A stretch of 64,000 nt of DNA from Antedon mediterranea (lineage: Eukaryota > Animalia > Echinodermata). A model generated the notes under the pieces. The model worked only from the letters and a program-made list of their open reading frames with translations. It did no database searches and was not told where the DNA came from. The stretch covers positions 27,639,175 through 27,703,174 of the forward strand of contig NC_092677.1 of the NCBI RefSeq assembly GCF_964355755.1. Reading direction: 5' to 3'. The translations under genes and the position numbers were made by a program. Below, piece after piece: positions 13,118-26,555 of this stretch. Numbering within the stretch: the first letter of the stretch is position 1; each line of letters opens with the position of its first letter.

Positions 13118-15077
13118 TTAAATGTCACTTAATGAACTTGGCTACGCAACATAAACTGTTAGGGGCGCGCCCAGAGAGTCAACTTTAAACGTGCGAGTAC
13201 GCAGGAGACACCATTTATTGTTGTTTGTCACACTGCCAAATTAAGCAAGTGTGTGGCGACGAAAATGTGTTACATTTTTTTTTTGTAGCTGACATTATCG
13301 CTGCTGTTGAACCGTTGAAAAGTTTAGAAGGGTGAGATATCTTTCCCAAAGATAACGTTTTTCTTTTAGAGGGAACGTCGTCCTAAGTAACGCCTACGCA
13401 CTTACAGATAATTGATACGGCATTTTTTATATGCGTTGTTCAAGGGGATTAGAACAAAGTCCGTTAGGCACATAATCAATTTATTTACAGGAGAAAAAAA
13501 CCCCTCAAATCCTTATTTTGTTTACATCAATGTTTCAAAGGCGAACGTAAAAAAAACTTTATTTATTTGATATTTATTATTTGGGTTTCATGATATTTTG
13601 GATTTGTTTGCTTAATTTTTACTACACATTATTATTCTGTCCGATCGTATTGAGACAATATACAATTGTTTCAGGTATTGAAGGTGTGATAAATACTTTT
13701 TTAATTAAAAGTTTGCACAAAAATAGAGGGCGGCAAACAGAAAATTTGAGCGCCCAGTTTTTAGCACGTTATAAATCTGTCTGAAAAAACTGTGTATTAT
13801 TATTGGGATTCTAGGCCTTTGTAGAATATTCAACTGATATATAACATTTTATGTAAACATGAAAATAAAAAAACACATACTACACAAAACCGATTATTAA
13901 TATGTTCTATTTAATTATCAAACCCAATATTTAACAAAATATAATCATGTTTTAAAACTATATATCAATCACAACAATGAATTCTTTGATTAGTCAACAA
14001 TTAAAAAATAAATCGGATTAAAAACAGTTGTTTTCAATGTGAACACAATTTGGTAAAATTGAATGCAAAACTGAAGATTAATAACTTAACTACCTCTTCA
14101 TAGTCCTGATATCTCTTACTGAGGCATGATGGGAAACTGAAAGCCATACTAATTTATTATCTTACCCTATTGTATATAATATATTTGAATATAAAATCAT
14201 ATAATATTTCTGTACAATTATATAAAATGTTCTTGAGTATTGAAAGACTGTAATGAAAGGTCGATGTGATGTGACTGTAATACACTACACTGTCATTTGG
14301 TACATTTCATTTTCCTAAAAAGAAATTTATTATCTAGCGCATTTATATTTGTAATGCAAGTTTAGCTACCAAGTTTGTTACAAAATTAAAGTTGGTCTTT
14401 AAAATAAATCAAAGTTTACGTCTTACTGTTGCTTAAAATATGTAAAAAATGTCTTTCAAAAAGATATAGTTATCTTGATTTTTAAAATTATTATATTTGC
14501 AATATTGAGGTAGCTTAAAGATCTTAAACCATTGCTGTGAAATTAGCATATTGGCACATCACTGAATTATAGTCACAATTACAATGTTATTACAAAAATT
14601 AGACATTGAAGGTTTAAAATTAGACAAACTACACACTAATGAATAAGCAGCTTATATAGATAGGTAGCTGGACTTAGCTTAACACAGAATCAAGGTGTCT
14701 CCATTATATGCTGCACACTGTAAGACAGTACTGTTATTCCATAATTGGCATTGAACATCCACAGTAAATGGGATTTGTATACAGGCCAATGTTAATGACA
14801 GAGCACAATAAAATTAGTAATTTTTTCAAAGAAAAATGTAACGGTACCAGCTAAAAAATGTAAATTAACAAATCAACATACAGAATTGATACCTAAGAAA
14901 TTATATAAAATAAGAGATACTAAAAAAACATTCATAAAATTGTTATAATTTAGACATTTGGTGGGTTTTTGGAATCTGCTTTGAGACATGTTTGAACATT
15001 TATTCCAAATTAGTACTGAATGCATAAAATAGCTTTCCTTAAAATTTCATTTCAACAATTGGTTGGTAAATTTAAGA

Positions 15078-18000
15078 TTAAAATTTTATCATTTTTAATT
15101 TGTCGCTGTATTTAAATGCAGCGAATATGGCTAGTCCTACCACACCCATACCCACAATACTTGGGAAAGACCGTTTCAATCTGTATACCATATTAGGATA
15201 TACCCACATCCAGAATAGAGAGCCAGAGTAACTGCACGCCCTGTGGAATGAACGCCTTTTCTGAACCCTCTCGTAGTATGCCTCTAAATTTGGTCGTTTG
15301 CCCCCGGTGAAGAATCTTTGACCTAAACCAAGGAAAGCAATACGGTGAAGAAGAGTAGCCAAGTATATATCAGCGATAGTAAAATTCTCAGAACACAACC
15401 AAGGACCTTCTTCTGGTGACCCTGTATGGAAAGAAATTTTCAAATAAAGTTTTATTAATATATTTATTGGCATAAAGAAACTATGAACCACCAAGTGATA
15501 TACTGAAAATTAAATAAGTTATAAATCTAATGAGAGTGTGAAGACAAGGAATAAGCCACCCAAGAATATATCCGAGATGACACATTTGCTAGTGTGGACA
15601 CACTTCAGGACAACCAGTGCAAGTTTGACTATACTATGTCTTTACTGTAGTCAGCATTTAAGTTATATAAACTACTGTTTACATTGAAATGTTAATTGCC
15701 ATTGCATAAATAGGTACTCTGAAAGAGTATACAAATAATTGTACCCTTAAATAAATAGCTACTTGTACTGGTAGGGTATAGGGTCATCATAAAGTATCAG
15801 GAAAAGTCTATTTCTTTCTATTATGTAACATTAGATATTATAAATATATAAAACAGTTTAAAATAATTAATAAATTCTTTTCTTTGAGGTTTAAGTTACC
15901 TTCCTTATTATAATTAAGTATAATACTTCAATTCAGTATTATTCCAATACATACCTTGGCCTTTGACCTTACTAAGTTCCTCTTCAATTTCTGTTAAGAC
16001 CTCATCACAGCGTTGTAGACAATTCATACAATATTTAAGGTCAAGTATTTTGTTTACCAAGGCTTGAGTTCTGGCAATCTTTCCCTCGTACATCCCACGT
16101 AGATCAGGTAATTTAGCAGCATAATTCTGCATTACTTTTTGTGGTTTATCAAACTTGGCTGTAAATAGCAAAAACATATTTTCAATAATTACATTATTAT
16201 AGTGTTGTCAAATAAACTAACAATGGTTCAAATGCTTACTATTACAGGGATTTTGGTTCAAATCTTAGTCATACACTGTACAACAGGATTTCTTCTTGTC
16301 CAATACAGTGGCCTCACCTAAGATTTAGTTTATTTTAATTTTTACAATTTTATTTCACCTTTATCCTAGAGAAAAACCACATTAAGCCACCAGTAAGTAA
16401 CATGCTTGAATACATACAAATACATAATTTAAACAAGCATAACATCTACAAAAAAAATCAGTAATTTTGTCACAATTTGACCTTTGACATTTAAACCTTC
16501 TGACGGAAACATACTTGAGTGAATCTTTAGGAAGGATGCTTTGGTTTCCATCCTGTAACCCAAGTCATGTGATTACTGTTGTATATGTTGAAATACTAAT
16601 AACATTAATTAACTTAAAGAATGGAAATCACTCACAAGTAATCCAGAGTATATATATATTCAATAATTAATTTAAAACCATCTAAAAACTTAATAATAAT
16701 AATTTATTTTATTTACCACGAACTTGAGCTGGATTAAAAAACCTTTTCTTGGTAGATTCAATTTCTGGATGTAACATTGTTCCAAATGTAATATATTCAA
16801 TTTCCACAGACTTCAATAAAGATTTAAAATGTTTCACTTTGGCACCATCATCGGTTGATGGGTCAGGGGTCAAACTAGGTGCTAAATGAATGAGAAAGAA
16901 AGAAAATGTTATAAATGTCATTGTGCTGATGATATATCAATCATCATTACTGCAGGGGAACATGTTCAGCCAAAAACAATTATTCTACACAAAACTAACA
17001 TATTGCTACGCATTCATAAAATGTGTCAAATTCACAAAAAACAAAACTGCAAAAAAACAAAATGACCTCAGTTTTTGCTAATCAAACTTTTTAAATGAAA
17101 ATATTGATTGCATAATATCTTTATTTTGAAATTACAAATAAATAAAAATAGTGAATTAAAAATATCAAGTATGAACTACTAATGAATGATAACAGAACAA
17201 TACTATGGCCGTTTTCCAAAAACAAGAAAATAGGTGTTGTGTTTTAAACAGTTATTTACAGGTGTTGTGTTTAAAACAGGTTTAAGTGTGCTTGTTGTGT
17301 ATTTAAAATATGAAATGAAAATAAAATATCTTTATGTATTGTGAGTTTGATAAGTTAGAAAGGATCTTATTGTTTAAATTTAATATGGATTTTTTTCCAG
17401 CAACAAACTAAGGTGTTGTGTTTAAAACAGTTTTAAGTGTTCTGCTTTTGTATTTATAATATGAAACACCAATCAAATTTCTTCATTCATGTACAGTATT
17501 GTGTAAGTTTGATAATAGAGTTGGATAAGATCATATATTGTTTAAATTTACATTGCGAAGTACAAATACCTTGTGGGGTTATTTGATCCAAGTAATTTAA
17601 TATGGCTTCAGAGTCTATGATGAGACGCTTATTGTGCTGGACGATTGGGACCTCTCCATGTGGGTTTAGCCTGATGAACCATGGTTCAACTTGCTCTCCT
17701 AGTTGAATATTCACCAGTTTTTTTCGATATGGTACTCTCTTCTCCTCAAATCCAAGTCTGGCCTATACAAAAAGTATAGAAAAAATGGTTTATTTTTTAA
17801 ACAAATAATTGATTCTGTTTGTGAAATGTTACATAAGTCCAGGCCTACTACACCGGGTCCAAGGAAGATAAATAGTATGAAGAAAGAACTGTAATTAATA
17901 GGGTCAAGCTAGGGAGTTGTTTTTTAAACTCCCTCTGGACCACTTCCCAACCACTGCATAATGCCATAATACGGCTCACGGACGTGGTGGAGTCGACGGA

Positions 18001-18149
18001 AATCAACTTGTTGTGTTGGCCTTATTAGGCCTAGATAAATTGAACTTAGTTAGTCTTCGAAATTTGTAGTTTAAAATAATAAATTATGCACTTACTCGTT
18101 GTGAATAAAATGAGGATTCTGCATGGTATAATAAAGGTGAAGAATACAT
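15078..18149 (-). CDS. GDAP1: GDAP1-like GST-fold tail-anchored protein, paralog a
   Basis: Exons 18149-18096, 17762-17570, 16881-16717, 16158-15955, 15421-15078 with GT-AG junctions in frame; LYHAESSFYSQR, EPWFIRLNPHGEVP, DSEAILNYL, WLCSENFTIADIYL motifs and a C-terminal TM segment. Confidence 0.88.
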
Positions 18150-19055
18150 ATTAATTAAAAGGGAAAGAACTTTTATTAGCAGAAAAATTTGGTAAAATTC
18201 GCCGCTCTCTCGCCCTGCTAGTAGAAATTCAACATCGAAAAGACACGCCTACTTTTCTAACATCGTCACGCTGTAATTTTTGCTAATGAATATTCAACAA
18301 TATTTCACTAAGCCAAAGTTTACTGTTTTAGCGCGCTTTTGTTTCTTTTTTTTTATTTCCACCTCCCAAAATATATACCTCTCCACCATTATTATAAATA
18401 ATATAAACATAATGTCCAAATAACATAATCGCTCTGACTGCACGAGATGACTAGGTATAGGACCTACAGGTTGATTTGACATCAACAATAATTGCACGCG
18501 TGCGTGTCAATATTGTGCGTGTGTGTAAACAGCAATTCAACCTTTACAAAGATGACAGATGTGCGTCAGAGCGTCCCTAATGCAATTCTAACATAACGTC
18601 AAGTATTAGGCTTAATATATCCCGCAAAATTTGACCAAATCATGTTATTAAAAAAATTGGACAGTCATAGCCCAAGGTGATTTTAATAAAAACTGTATGA
18701 CCGTGCCAAATGCTAGATAGGTCACTAGCCAAAAAGGCCTAATAAGCGTTTCAGATTAAAAAAGACAATGTGTTCGTGCCTTCGTTTTTATTACTATATA
18801 TATTAGACACCATGCATTGTGCGTTTGTCTGGATTGGATCGGATACGCGCAAAAACGAAACAGTGGGAATTGTCGTTAGTCCGATTTTAAAGCTACGTTC
18901 ACACTAAGCCAGGATTCGAATCAAATCAAAATTAATTTCTTTTCAAATCCAAGAAAGTCGAAGCTTGTGTGTGAAGCTCAAATATTATAATGCACGACTT
19001 ACGTTTTGACTATCGTTTTGTGGGATAGTAAAAATAATGATAATTTTGCTTCAAA

Positions 19056-19210
19056 TGCTTGGTTCCCACAGAGACGTAACACAAACGACGTAAGGCAACG
19101 TAAGGGATTTGGCCAATCACAAGCGATGGATTTATTCGACTGTCCCTTGTCATTGGTCAACTCGTTTGCGTTGCGTCTCTTACGTCCTTGCGTTAGTGGG
19201 AACTAAGCTC
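19056..19210. mobile_element. MITE family B (Harbinger-like)
   Basis: GCTTGGTTCCCAC...GTGGGAACTAAGC termini with internal CCAATCACAAGCGA palindromic core. Confidence 0.75.
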
Positions 19211-20259
19211 CAGTAGAATATTATAATTATATTTTTAAAAATCGCATAAATATAGGTCTGTGAAATTGGTTCAAATGCAACACTAGCTGTCTGTTGTCAA
19301 TCAACACTACACAATAATGATATATCGTTGAATGATTTCATTTACATTTTGACGTTTAGCTCAAGGCTATTATTTTGGAAGATATTGCAAATTTAGGTTT
19401 TTTTATTGTGTTTTATGGGATTTTAAAAACCAGAATGAGTAAACGATTTCAATCAACGTCACCCACAAACTAATACGGGTTATTCGAATCTTCAACAACA
19501 TGGTAGGACCATTGGACGTTACAGGACGCGCCGGCAATATTTTGGAATTAATAACTTCTACTTATTTTTTTCTCCACAAGATTTCTAAAGACAAAAAACA
19601 CAAAACACTTAAATAATAATTGTTATAAGCAAGCAAAAAAACGATGCAAATAATACAAAAAACCCCAAATGGACACGCATCATTAGATTGCAATGGAATT
19701 AATAACTAACAATTTGGTGTCAATCAAGGAATTACGAAAATCGGAAAAACTTTCGAAAAAATCCGTCAAAGCAGTAGCAGCTGATAGATATAAACTACGT
19801 AAAAAGTTTATTAAATGTTGTCATTACTTTAAATTTGCACTTATTATTTGGAACTATAATTGAAGAAAATGAAGAAATTGGCTAAAATAAAATACACGAG
19901 ATTGTAAGAAAAATGGAAATGATTTTGACAAGATAAAATGACATAATTCTAAAGGGAAATAACTCATTATAAAGAACACGAAAATAGGTTGCCTTCGCTA
20001 GGGAAAATATTAAAAAACATGTCGTCTGTCAAATTCAACTAATGTTTACAACATTTGAGGGCACATTTTAAAATATCCTGGACGTCCTATTTGTATATAT
20101 TCGGCATCATTAATGAATTAACATAGATATCTGAAAATTAATCTTTTTTTTACCAGTTAGTTTGGTTTCCAATCTAGAATGACGTACGCGCAACGCATGT
20201 ATTAACGTGACCAATAACAAGCGACCGTTCAGCAGGACGATGATCGGCGTCGCTTGTTA

Positions 20260-20680
20260 AGCCCGGCGCACACTAGAGCTTCCGCCGGCTGAGCCAACTG
20301 GCACGAGTAACACTTTGCTCACAGTGTGCGCCGGGCCGGGGAATTCGTGAGGAATCGGCTACGCATGCCGCTGAGGAAAATATCTATCATGTTTAATATT
20401 TTTTGGCACGCGTGCCATTTTCCGCAAGTCTGCGCCGAACGTAAGCAGATAGCTCACTAAAAAATTCCACTGCGAATGACATGTTCTAATTTATTATATG
20501 TCAGGTCAGCGCGTGCCGTATAGCGTATTAAGTAACTATCCAATCAGCAAATCGCGTACTGAAGGCGTTTAGTGTGCGTCCGATAGAACGCGATCACAAT
20601 TTGCGGCAAATTTTTTAGTGAGCCAAGTGTTACTCGTGCCAGTTGGTGGCTCAGCCGAAAGCTCTAGTGTGCGCCGGGCT
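20260..20680. mobile_element. PIF/Harbinger-type MITE with TTA target-site duplication, adjacent to a truncated family B copy
   Basis: TIR AGCCCGGCGCACACTAGAGCTT and AAGCTCTAGTGTGCGCCGGGCT; TTA on both sides (20257-20259, 20681-20683). Confidence 0.85.
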
Positions 20681-20705
20681 TTACGTGTAGTAGTAGTTAC
20701 GTCCT

Positions 20706-21070
20706 TAAGCGTGGTTCCCACTAGCAACGCAACAAGTAGACGCAACGCAAGCGAGTTGACCAATCACAAGCGACTGTTCGAATAATCCATCGCTTGTTGG
20801 TAAACTCGCTTACGTTGCGTCGCTAGTGGGAACCAAGCTTTACCTACAGAGGTTCCCCTAGCGACGTAGACGCAACGCAAGCGAGTTGACCAATCACAAG
20901 CGACTGTTCGAATAATCCATCGCTTGTTGATTGGTGGTAAACTCGCTTACGTTGCGTCGCTAGTGGGAACCAAGCTTTACCTACAGAGGTTCCCCTAGCG
21001 GCGTAGACGCAACGCAAGCGAGTTGACCAATAAGAAATCACTAACGTTGCGTCTCTGGTGGGAACCTAGC
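20706..21070. repeat. Tandem array of family B MITE units (~137-bp period, ~2.5 copies)
   Basis: Repeated GGTTCCC(A/C)CTAGC..CGCAACGCAAGCGAGTTGACCAAT...GCTAGTGGGAACCAAGCTTTACCTACAGA. Confidence 0.85.
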
Positions 21071-21795
21071 ATTATATTTTATAGAATGGCACCTTCATAT
21101 TGTATTATATAAAGTTCTTTTAACAGTCATTGGTATTACTTTATTACGATTACTTTGGGTCAAAATCCCAAATTTTCCAGCCGAATTTAGGAGGCCTACA
21201 GTCTTGTTATTTATCATAAACAAAATCTTTCGTAATATTACTTGGACGAAACGAGTAATTTGACCAATCACAAGCAACAGTTTGGATGACCCATCATGAT
21301 TGGTGAGATTACTTGCATGCGGCGCGCTTACATTGCGTCGTGTCTAATGGGAAGCTTAGTAATTAATAATGGATACATCAGAATCCATATTAATTTCAGT
21401 TTTAATTAAAATAAATATATTAATGTTATCTTTATTTAATATAATAATACCTAATATAATAATGACTAAAAATTACCATTACAAAGTAACAGTTCCTTAA
21501 AGAAAAAAAAATTAACAAACTCAAATAAATAATAGGTTTATCTAATAGTCTTTAGCTGGATTTCATGATTAACTACAATTATTGTACAAGCCCTGCTATT
21601 GCTATTATACAATACCATACCCATGCTTAAAATATATACTTTAAAATATTATGAATCAATAATATATATGCTAATAATCATATTTTATTTAATTAATTTT
21701 ATTTTATTTTTGCACACATCTATTTTGGTTAAAGTTTGTCTTCCGATCCAGAATTTATTCAGGGAAATAAGCAAAGAAATTGCATTAGTTTATGA

Positions 21796-24377
21796 TTACC
21801 TACGATGTTTATAATACATAAAGAAGGCGGCCCCTAAAACACCTATAATTGAAACATATGGAGCTGTTCTCTTGATTTTATACTTAAGAATCGGGATAGC
21901 CAACGCCCACAGTGCTCTGTTGGAATACAAACAAGTTTTACGAAAAGAAGGTCGTTGTAAAACTCGCTGATAATACGCTTCTATATGCGGCCGCGTTCCC
22001 CTTCTGAAGAATTTCTCGTCAAGTCCAATTGAAACTAAACGATGAAGAATTGTCGATAAAAATATATCAGCAATTGTGAATGTTTGTGAGCATAGCCATG
22101 GTAACTCCTCTGATGACGGTGCTGATTCTATAAAAAGTTGAAATGAGAAAATATCAATCATTATTGTGACACATTTGAACTTTATGTGAAAGTTAGTGAG
22201 CTTCAATCAGCCACACTTCTAAAAGGAACTTTAAAACCAAAGTGTTTACCAATTTCATTTCACACAATATTCTGTAGTTCTATTACATTACTCTAGTTGT
22301 TAACAATTATTTTCTGTTTACAGTTAGTAATTATGGGAACAAGGGTTAAACAGTTCCTTTCCCAAGTATACTAAGCAGCCTAATATCTTCTTGTAATAGA
22401 GGCTAACTTAAACCACACATTTGTACATCCTTCCTAAAGACCTTACTTACTCTCCTGGGTAAGTAAGCCAAATGTAGGACATTAAATATCTGAGCTAGCT
22501 TAATAGAAACGACATGACGCTAATTAATTACACTTTTTTGTAATAGAAAACCGGAAAAAATTAAAAAGTGTTGAATTAAATGTCCTAGCTTTTGCATTAA
22601 AATATTTAGAACTTAGGGTTTGGTGGGGGAGGGAGGGTGGTTGTGTTTAGAGGAGGGGGAGGGGTGGATTATAATCTGACTATGACTTACCGTTAAACTC
22701 TTGAATAACCTGAACAAGTTGCGCTTCAATTTCATCAAAAACTTCTTGGCAATGTTTAATTTCAGCTAGCAGAACATCAAGTTGAATACCACCTTTCTTG
22801 TCATATGTCAGAATCTTAGCATCGTATGCAAACTTTAAGTCTGGATATATTCTGGAGTACCACTTCATAATACGGATACCTTTCGACAGTTTTACTATAA
22901 TTTATAAACAAAAGAAAATGAATGAAACCTGAAAATGAATGAAAGGTTGGTACATATTATTAACATTTTGTGAGTACATAATTACAGCCTTGATAAAAAA
23001 AATGGTAAAATAAATGGTAAAAAAAAAATTAAAATTTTTTTTTTCAAAAATGGTGAATGGTCAAGTTTTGTGTACATTTTTAAATTAATAACAAATAAAT
23101 TTAAATTAATAAAAAATAAATTCAAATTAATAAAAAATAAATGTCATTGGTAGACTGTCCAGTTGGGTGACTAGGCTTCACATCCTGGGATTAAACAAAA
23201 ATTAGAAGAGATCTTTAGATATGCAACAATCTAGGATTGACTTAATATAATGAGTCACCCAGTAGAATAGGACTCTTTGGATTTAACAGGATTTGAACCA
23301 AATGCCTTGGGATTGGTAAGCAATCACTCAACTACAACGTCACTTACATTTTACAAAATGTCCTAACCATGCATTAAAATCATTCACTTTCACTGCTCCT
23401 ATTTCTTGCGCATGATGTTTACTTCCAAGCATCAAGATACCAATATTGACAGACTTAAGTAGGTTCTTAAATCGGTGAACTTTGGCACCTTCTTTGCTTG
23501 ACATGTCAGGGGTTAATCTTGCTCCTAATATAAGCAAAAAAACGAATTTCTATAAATTAAAATAAATATCTAAAATAATTTTTCTTCTAAATTGCTTTTA
23601 AAAATTAATTAGAGCTTTTTTTTTTTTCCAAATATAAAAATATTTTTTTATGACAAGTTTTTAAAATGTGTAATACATTGCTAAAGTAGGATGATGTCAA
23701 TTTAAATTTATACTGCAAAGGGGACAGAGGAATTACATTACTTTACTTTTTTTAACATAAAAAAGGGGTTGTAATGCAACGCGGACAATTAGGAAATAAA
23801 CAATCTTGTGACGGTGTTGATACTGAGAGTCAACTAACCCTCTGGTGCAATCTGGTCCAGATAATCTAAGATAGCCTCCGAATCTATTATAATTCGTTTG
23901 TCGTGCTCGACAACCGGTACCTCTCCTTTTGGGTTGATGCGCATGAACCATGGCAACAGGTTTTCACCAGCTTTGTGAGTCACATGATATCGACGGTGTT
24001 TTACACCTTTTTCTGCAAAACCAAGCCTTGCCTGAAAAGAGAAAGAGATTCAACTATGTAATTAATGTAATCAGTTATTAAATGCACCATGTGACCTTGT
24101 GATTGAACTTCAGCTGAATAAATGAAAAATGGAGCAGTTCTATGGTAAAGTTCTATAGGCCACAGAGTTGATAAGATTTAGATTAATCAATTTTGAATCC
24201 TTACATCACTCTCATAAATAACTAATGTCTATAGCTTGCGAGTAGCTGGCAGGCTGTATAATGATTTTAGATCTAACTATCTACTGTAAAGACATAGGCT
24301 GGCTACTACAACACAGTACTACTTACCCTCTGTGAATAAAATGAGCTTTCGGCATGGTATAACAAAGGTAGCGACAT
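21796..24377 (-). CDS. GDAP1: GDAP1-like GST-fold tail-anchored protein, paralog b
   Basis: Exons 24377-24327, 24031-23839, 23524-23348, 22894-22691, 22127-21796; same intron phases as paralog a, with exons 2 and 4 of identical length (193 and 204 nt); C-terminal TM segment plus KHRR. Confidence 0.88.
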
Positions 24378-25570
24378 TTTACTTGAAAATTCTTCCAACA
24401 TCAAAGTAACATAATTTTATAATGTCCAACTCAATATACAACAAAACAAACTCTGGTTTTGTGGACCACCGTGTATCACAGTGGACAGTGTTGTGTGTAT
24501 CACACTGGACACTGTTGTGTGTATGCAGCAGCAGCAGTAATGACCGGTTTGTTGTTGAGAACTGGTGTAGGTCAAAGTTCATGAGCCCTGGGGATTTAGC
24601 TTGCACAGCGTGTTGAGAGATAGAAATTTACAAAAACACGACAAACTGAATGGAATGTCATGTTTTATAGACGCCATGTTCAGTATGCATTGACCAGTGC
24701 ACGAATGATATTACTTGATAAGTTACTTTCTTTTAAGCCACGTATTCGGGCACGTATTACTCATACAGCAGCCCCACCAGACTAAGCCTATTTTCCTTTT
24801 ACAAATTACATAGTCAGTTTCCGAACCATGTTCGTGTGACCACTGCATAACATTTATCTGGAACGCGACAGGAGCTATAAATAAAAGTTATGGAATATTA
24901 AATGATGGTGACCCTGGGTGCACTTTTAAATTGGTTTGACCATGCACGTTTTCAGGAAATTGAAATAGATAAAAAGTTCACTGTGTGCTCAATAAAAATT
25001 TGCTAAATTATATAACTGATCAGCTTCGCCAGGTGGAAGAGAATTTTTTTTAAATATAGACCATGGGAGACCATGTTAACAAAAACCAACAAATATTGTG
25101 CTCACTCTTTGAAATTCACCACAGCGTGTGGATATCATCATTATCATCACTATATCATCATCACTATTATTATCATCAACGTTATCATCATCAAACTGGA
25201 AGAAAAGTGAAAACATTTTCCTCTTGGTTTCGATTGGTATTATTGAGACATAGTTCATGAAATGTAAAACCTTCGTGTTTCAAGAAAGTTCTGTCAGGCG
25301 TCAAGCTGTTTTTTATTTTACTGGTTTACATTTTGGATTAGAAAAGGATGTTACTTTGATAAAAAAAATATACACAAATCAAAATTCTATTTGATTTATT
25401 ACTACAACTACATTTTGTCATTAAAATGTACAATTACAACATCTACATTTATTATTAGTTAAAGTATTACAAAACATTTCTAAAATATAACAATATATCA
25501 ATTGTTATTAACAATATTTGTTTTGTCCTTTCAAAATCATACCATCAAGTAAATATTTGTTTATTAGTAA

Positions 25571-25749
25571 AGCTTGGTTCCCACTAGAACGTAACGCAAG
25601 GACGTAAACGCAACACAAGCGTTTTAACCAATGACAAGCGAAGTTATAGACAGTTAGCAATCACAAGCGAATAAGCCATCGCTTGTGACTGGTCAATTCA
25701 CTTGCGTTGCGTTACGTCCTTGTGTTGCGTCGCTAGTGGAAACCACGCT
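25571..25749. mobile_element. MITE family B
   Basis: AGCTTGGTTCCCACTAG...CTAGTGGAAACCACGCT flanked by TAA and TTA. Confidence 0.8.
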
Positions 25750-25933
25750 TTATGCTAAAAATGTAAAATTACAAAGAAAAAAGTATTTTAAATAAATAAC
25801 ATTTCCACACTTTGTATAATCTTTCATAGTTTGAGTAATCTCCAGGGACGGGACAGGCGACACATTTTTCTAGCACCAACATTGTTTTCTCGTCCTAATA
25901 GTACTGTACTAGGTTCAATGTGTTCCATTCTTA

Positions 25934-26131
25934 AGCTTGGTTCCCACTAGCGACGCAACGTAACGCAACGTAAGCAAATACCCTTACAATAATTGTGTTT
26001 GCCCCCGCCGGCGTGAAATCAAACCTGCGATTTTTGCATCATTGTTGCGTCGTCGGTTCCTATTTGTGATTACGCAATACAGCATTTTGCGTCAATACGT
26101 TGCTGCGTTGCGTTCTAGTGGGAACCACGCT
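25934..26131. mobile_element. MITE with family B termini and a different internal sequence
   Basis: AGCTTGGTTCCCACTAG...CTAGTGGGAACCACGCT with TTA TSD on both sides. Confidence 0.8.
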
Positions 26132-26329
26132 TTATTAAAAATATTTAAAAGTATTTAAAAGTACTATTATAACATTTTGGTGAACGTAATTTAGGTATGT
26201 GTTCAATTTTAATTAATGTTTTATATTTTAAGTTCAATATCTATCTAAAATATTCAATTTAACATTTTTCAAGACACCTAATTTTATATGGAATGTACAT
26301 TAGCAGGAACCAGTATTAATCTGTATTAA

Positions 26330-26525
26330 GGGTCTTTACACCTGGACGTTACGGCACGGCTTCGGTCCGGCGCCGGAAAATCAAATCAAACGTAAAATGT
26401 TTCGTTTTCATGCGGTTACTACGTGCATATATCGATTTCCGCATAGCCGCGCCGCGTAAAGCGTCGTGAAAACGAAACATTTTACGTTCGATTTGATTTG
26501 CCGGTACCGGACCGGAACAGGTGTG
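26330..26525. repeat. Foldback element just downstream of the FITM2 stop
   Basis: CGGTCCGG.GCCGG.AAATCAAATC.AACGTAAAATGTTTCGTTTTCA and its reverse complement at ~26467-26515. Confidence 0.75.
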
Positions 26526-26555
26526 TTCATCCTTGATCTGGGAATAGTTTAATCC

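Noticed and set aside
23255-23340. tRNA gene
   Set aside because: Only a B-box-like GGTTCAAATCC on the minus strand and no cloverleaf; at most a decayed tRNA-derived SINE
25063-25260. His-rich and Asp-rich ORFs
   Set aside because: Produced by a degenerate (ATC)n microsatellite
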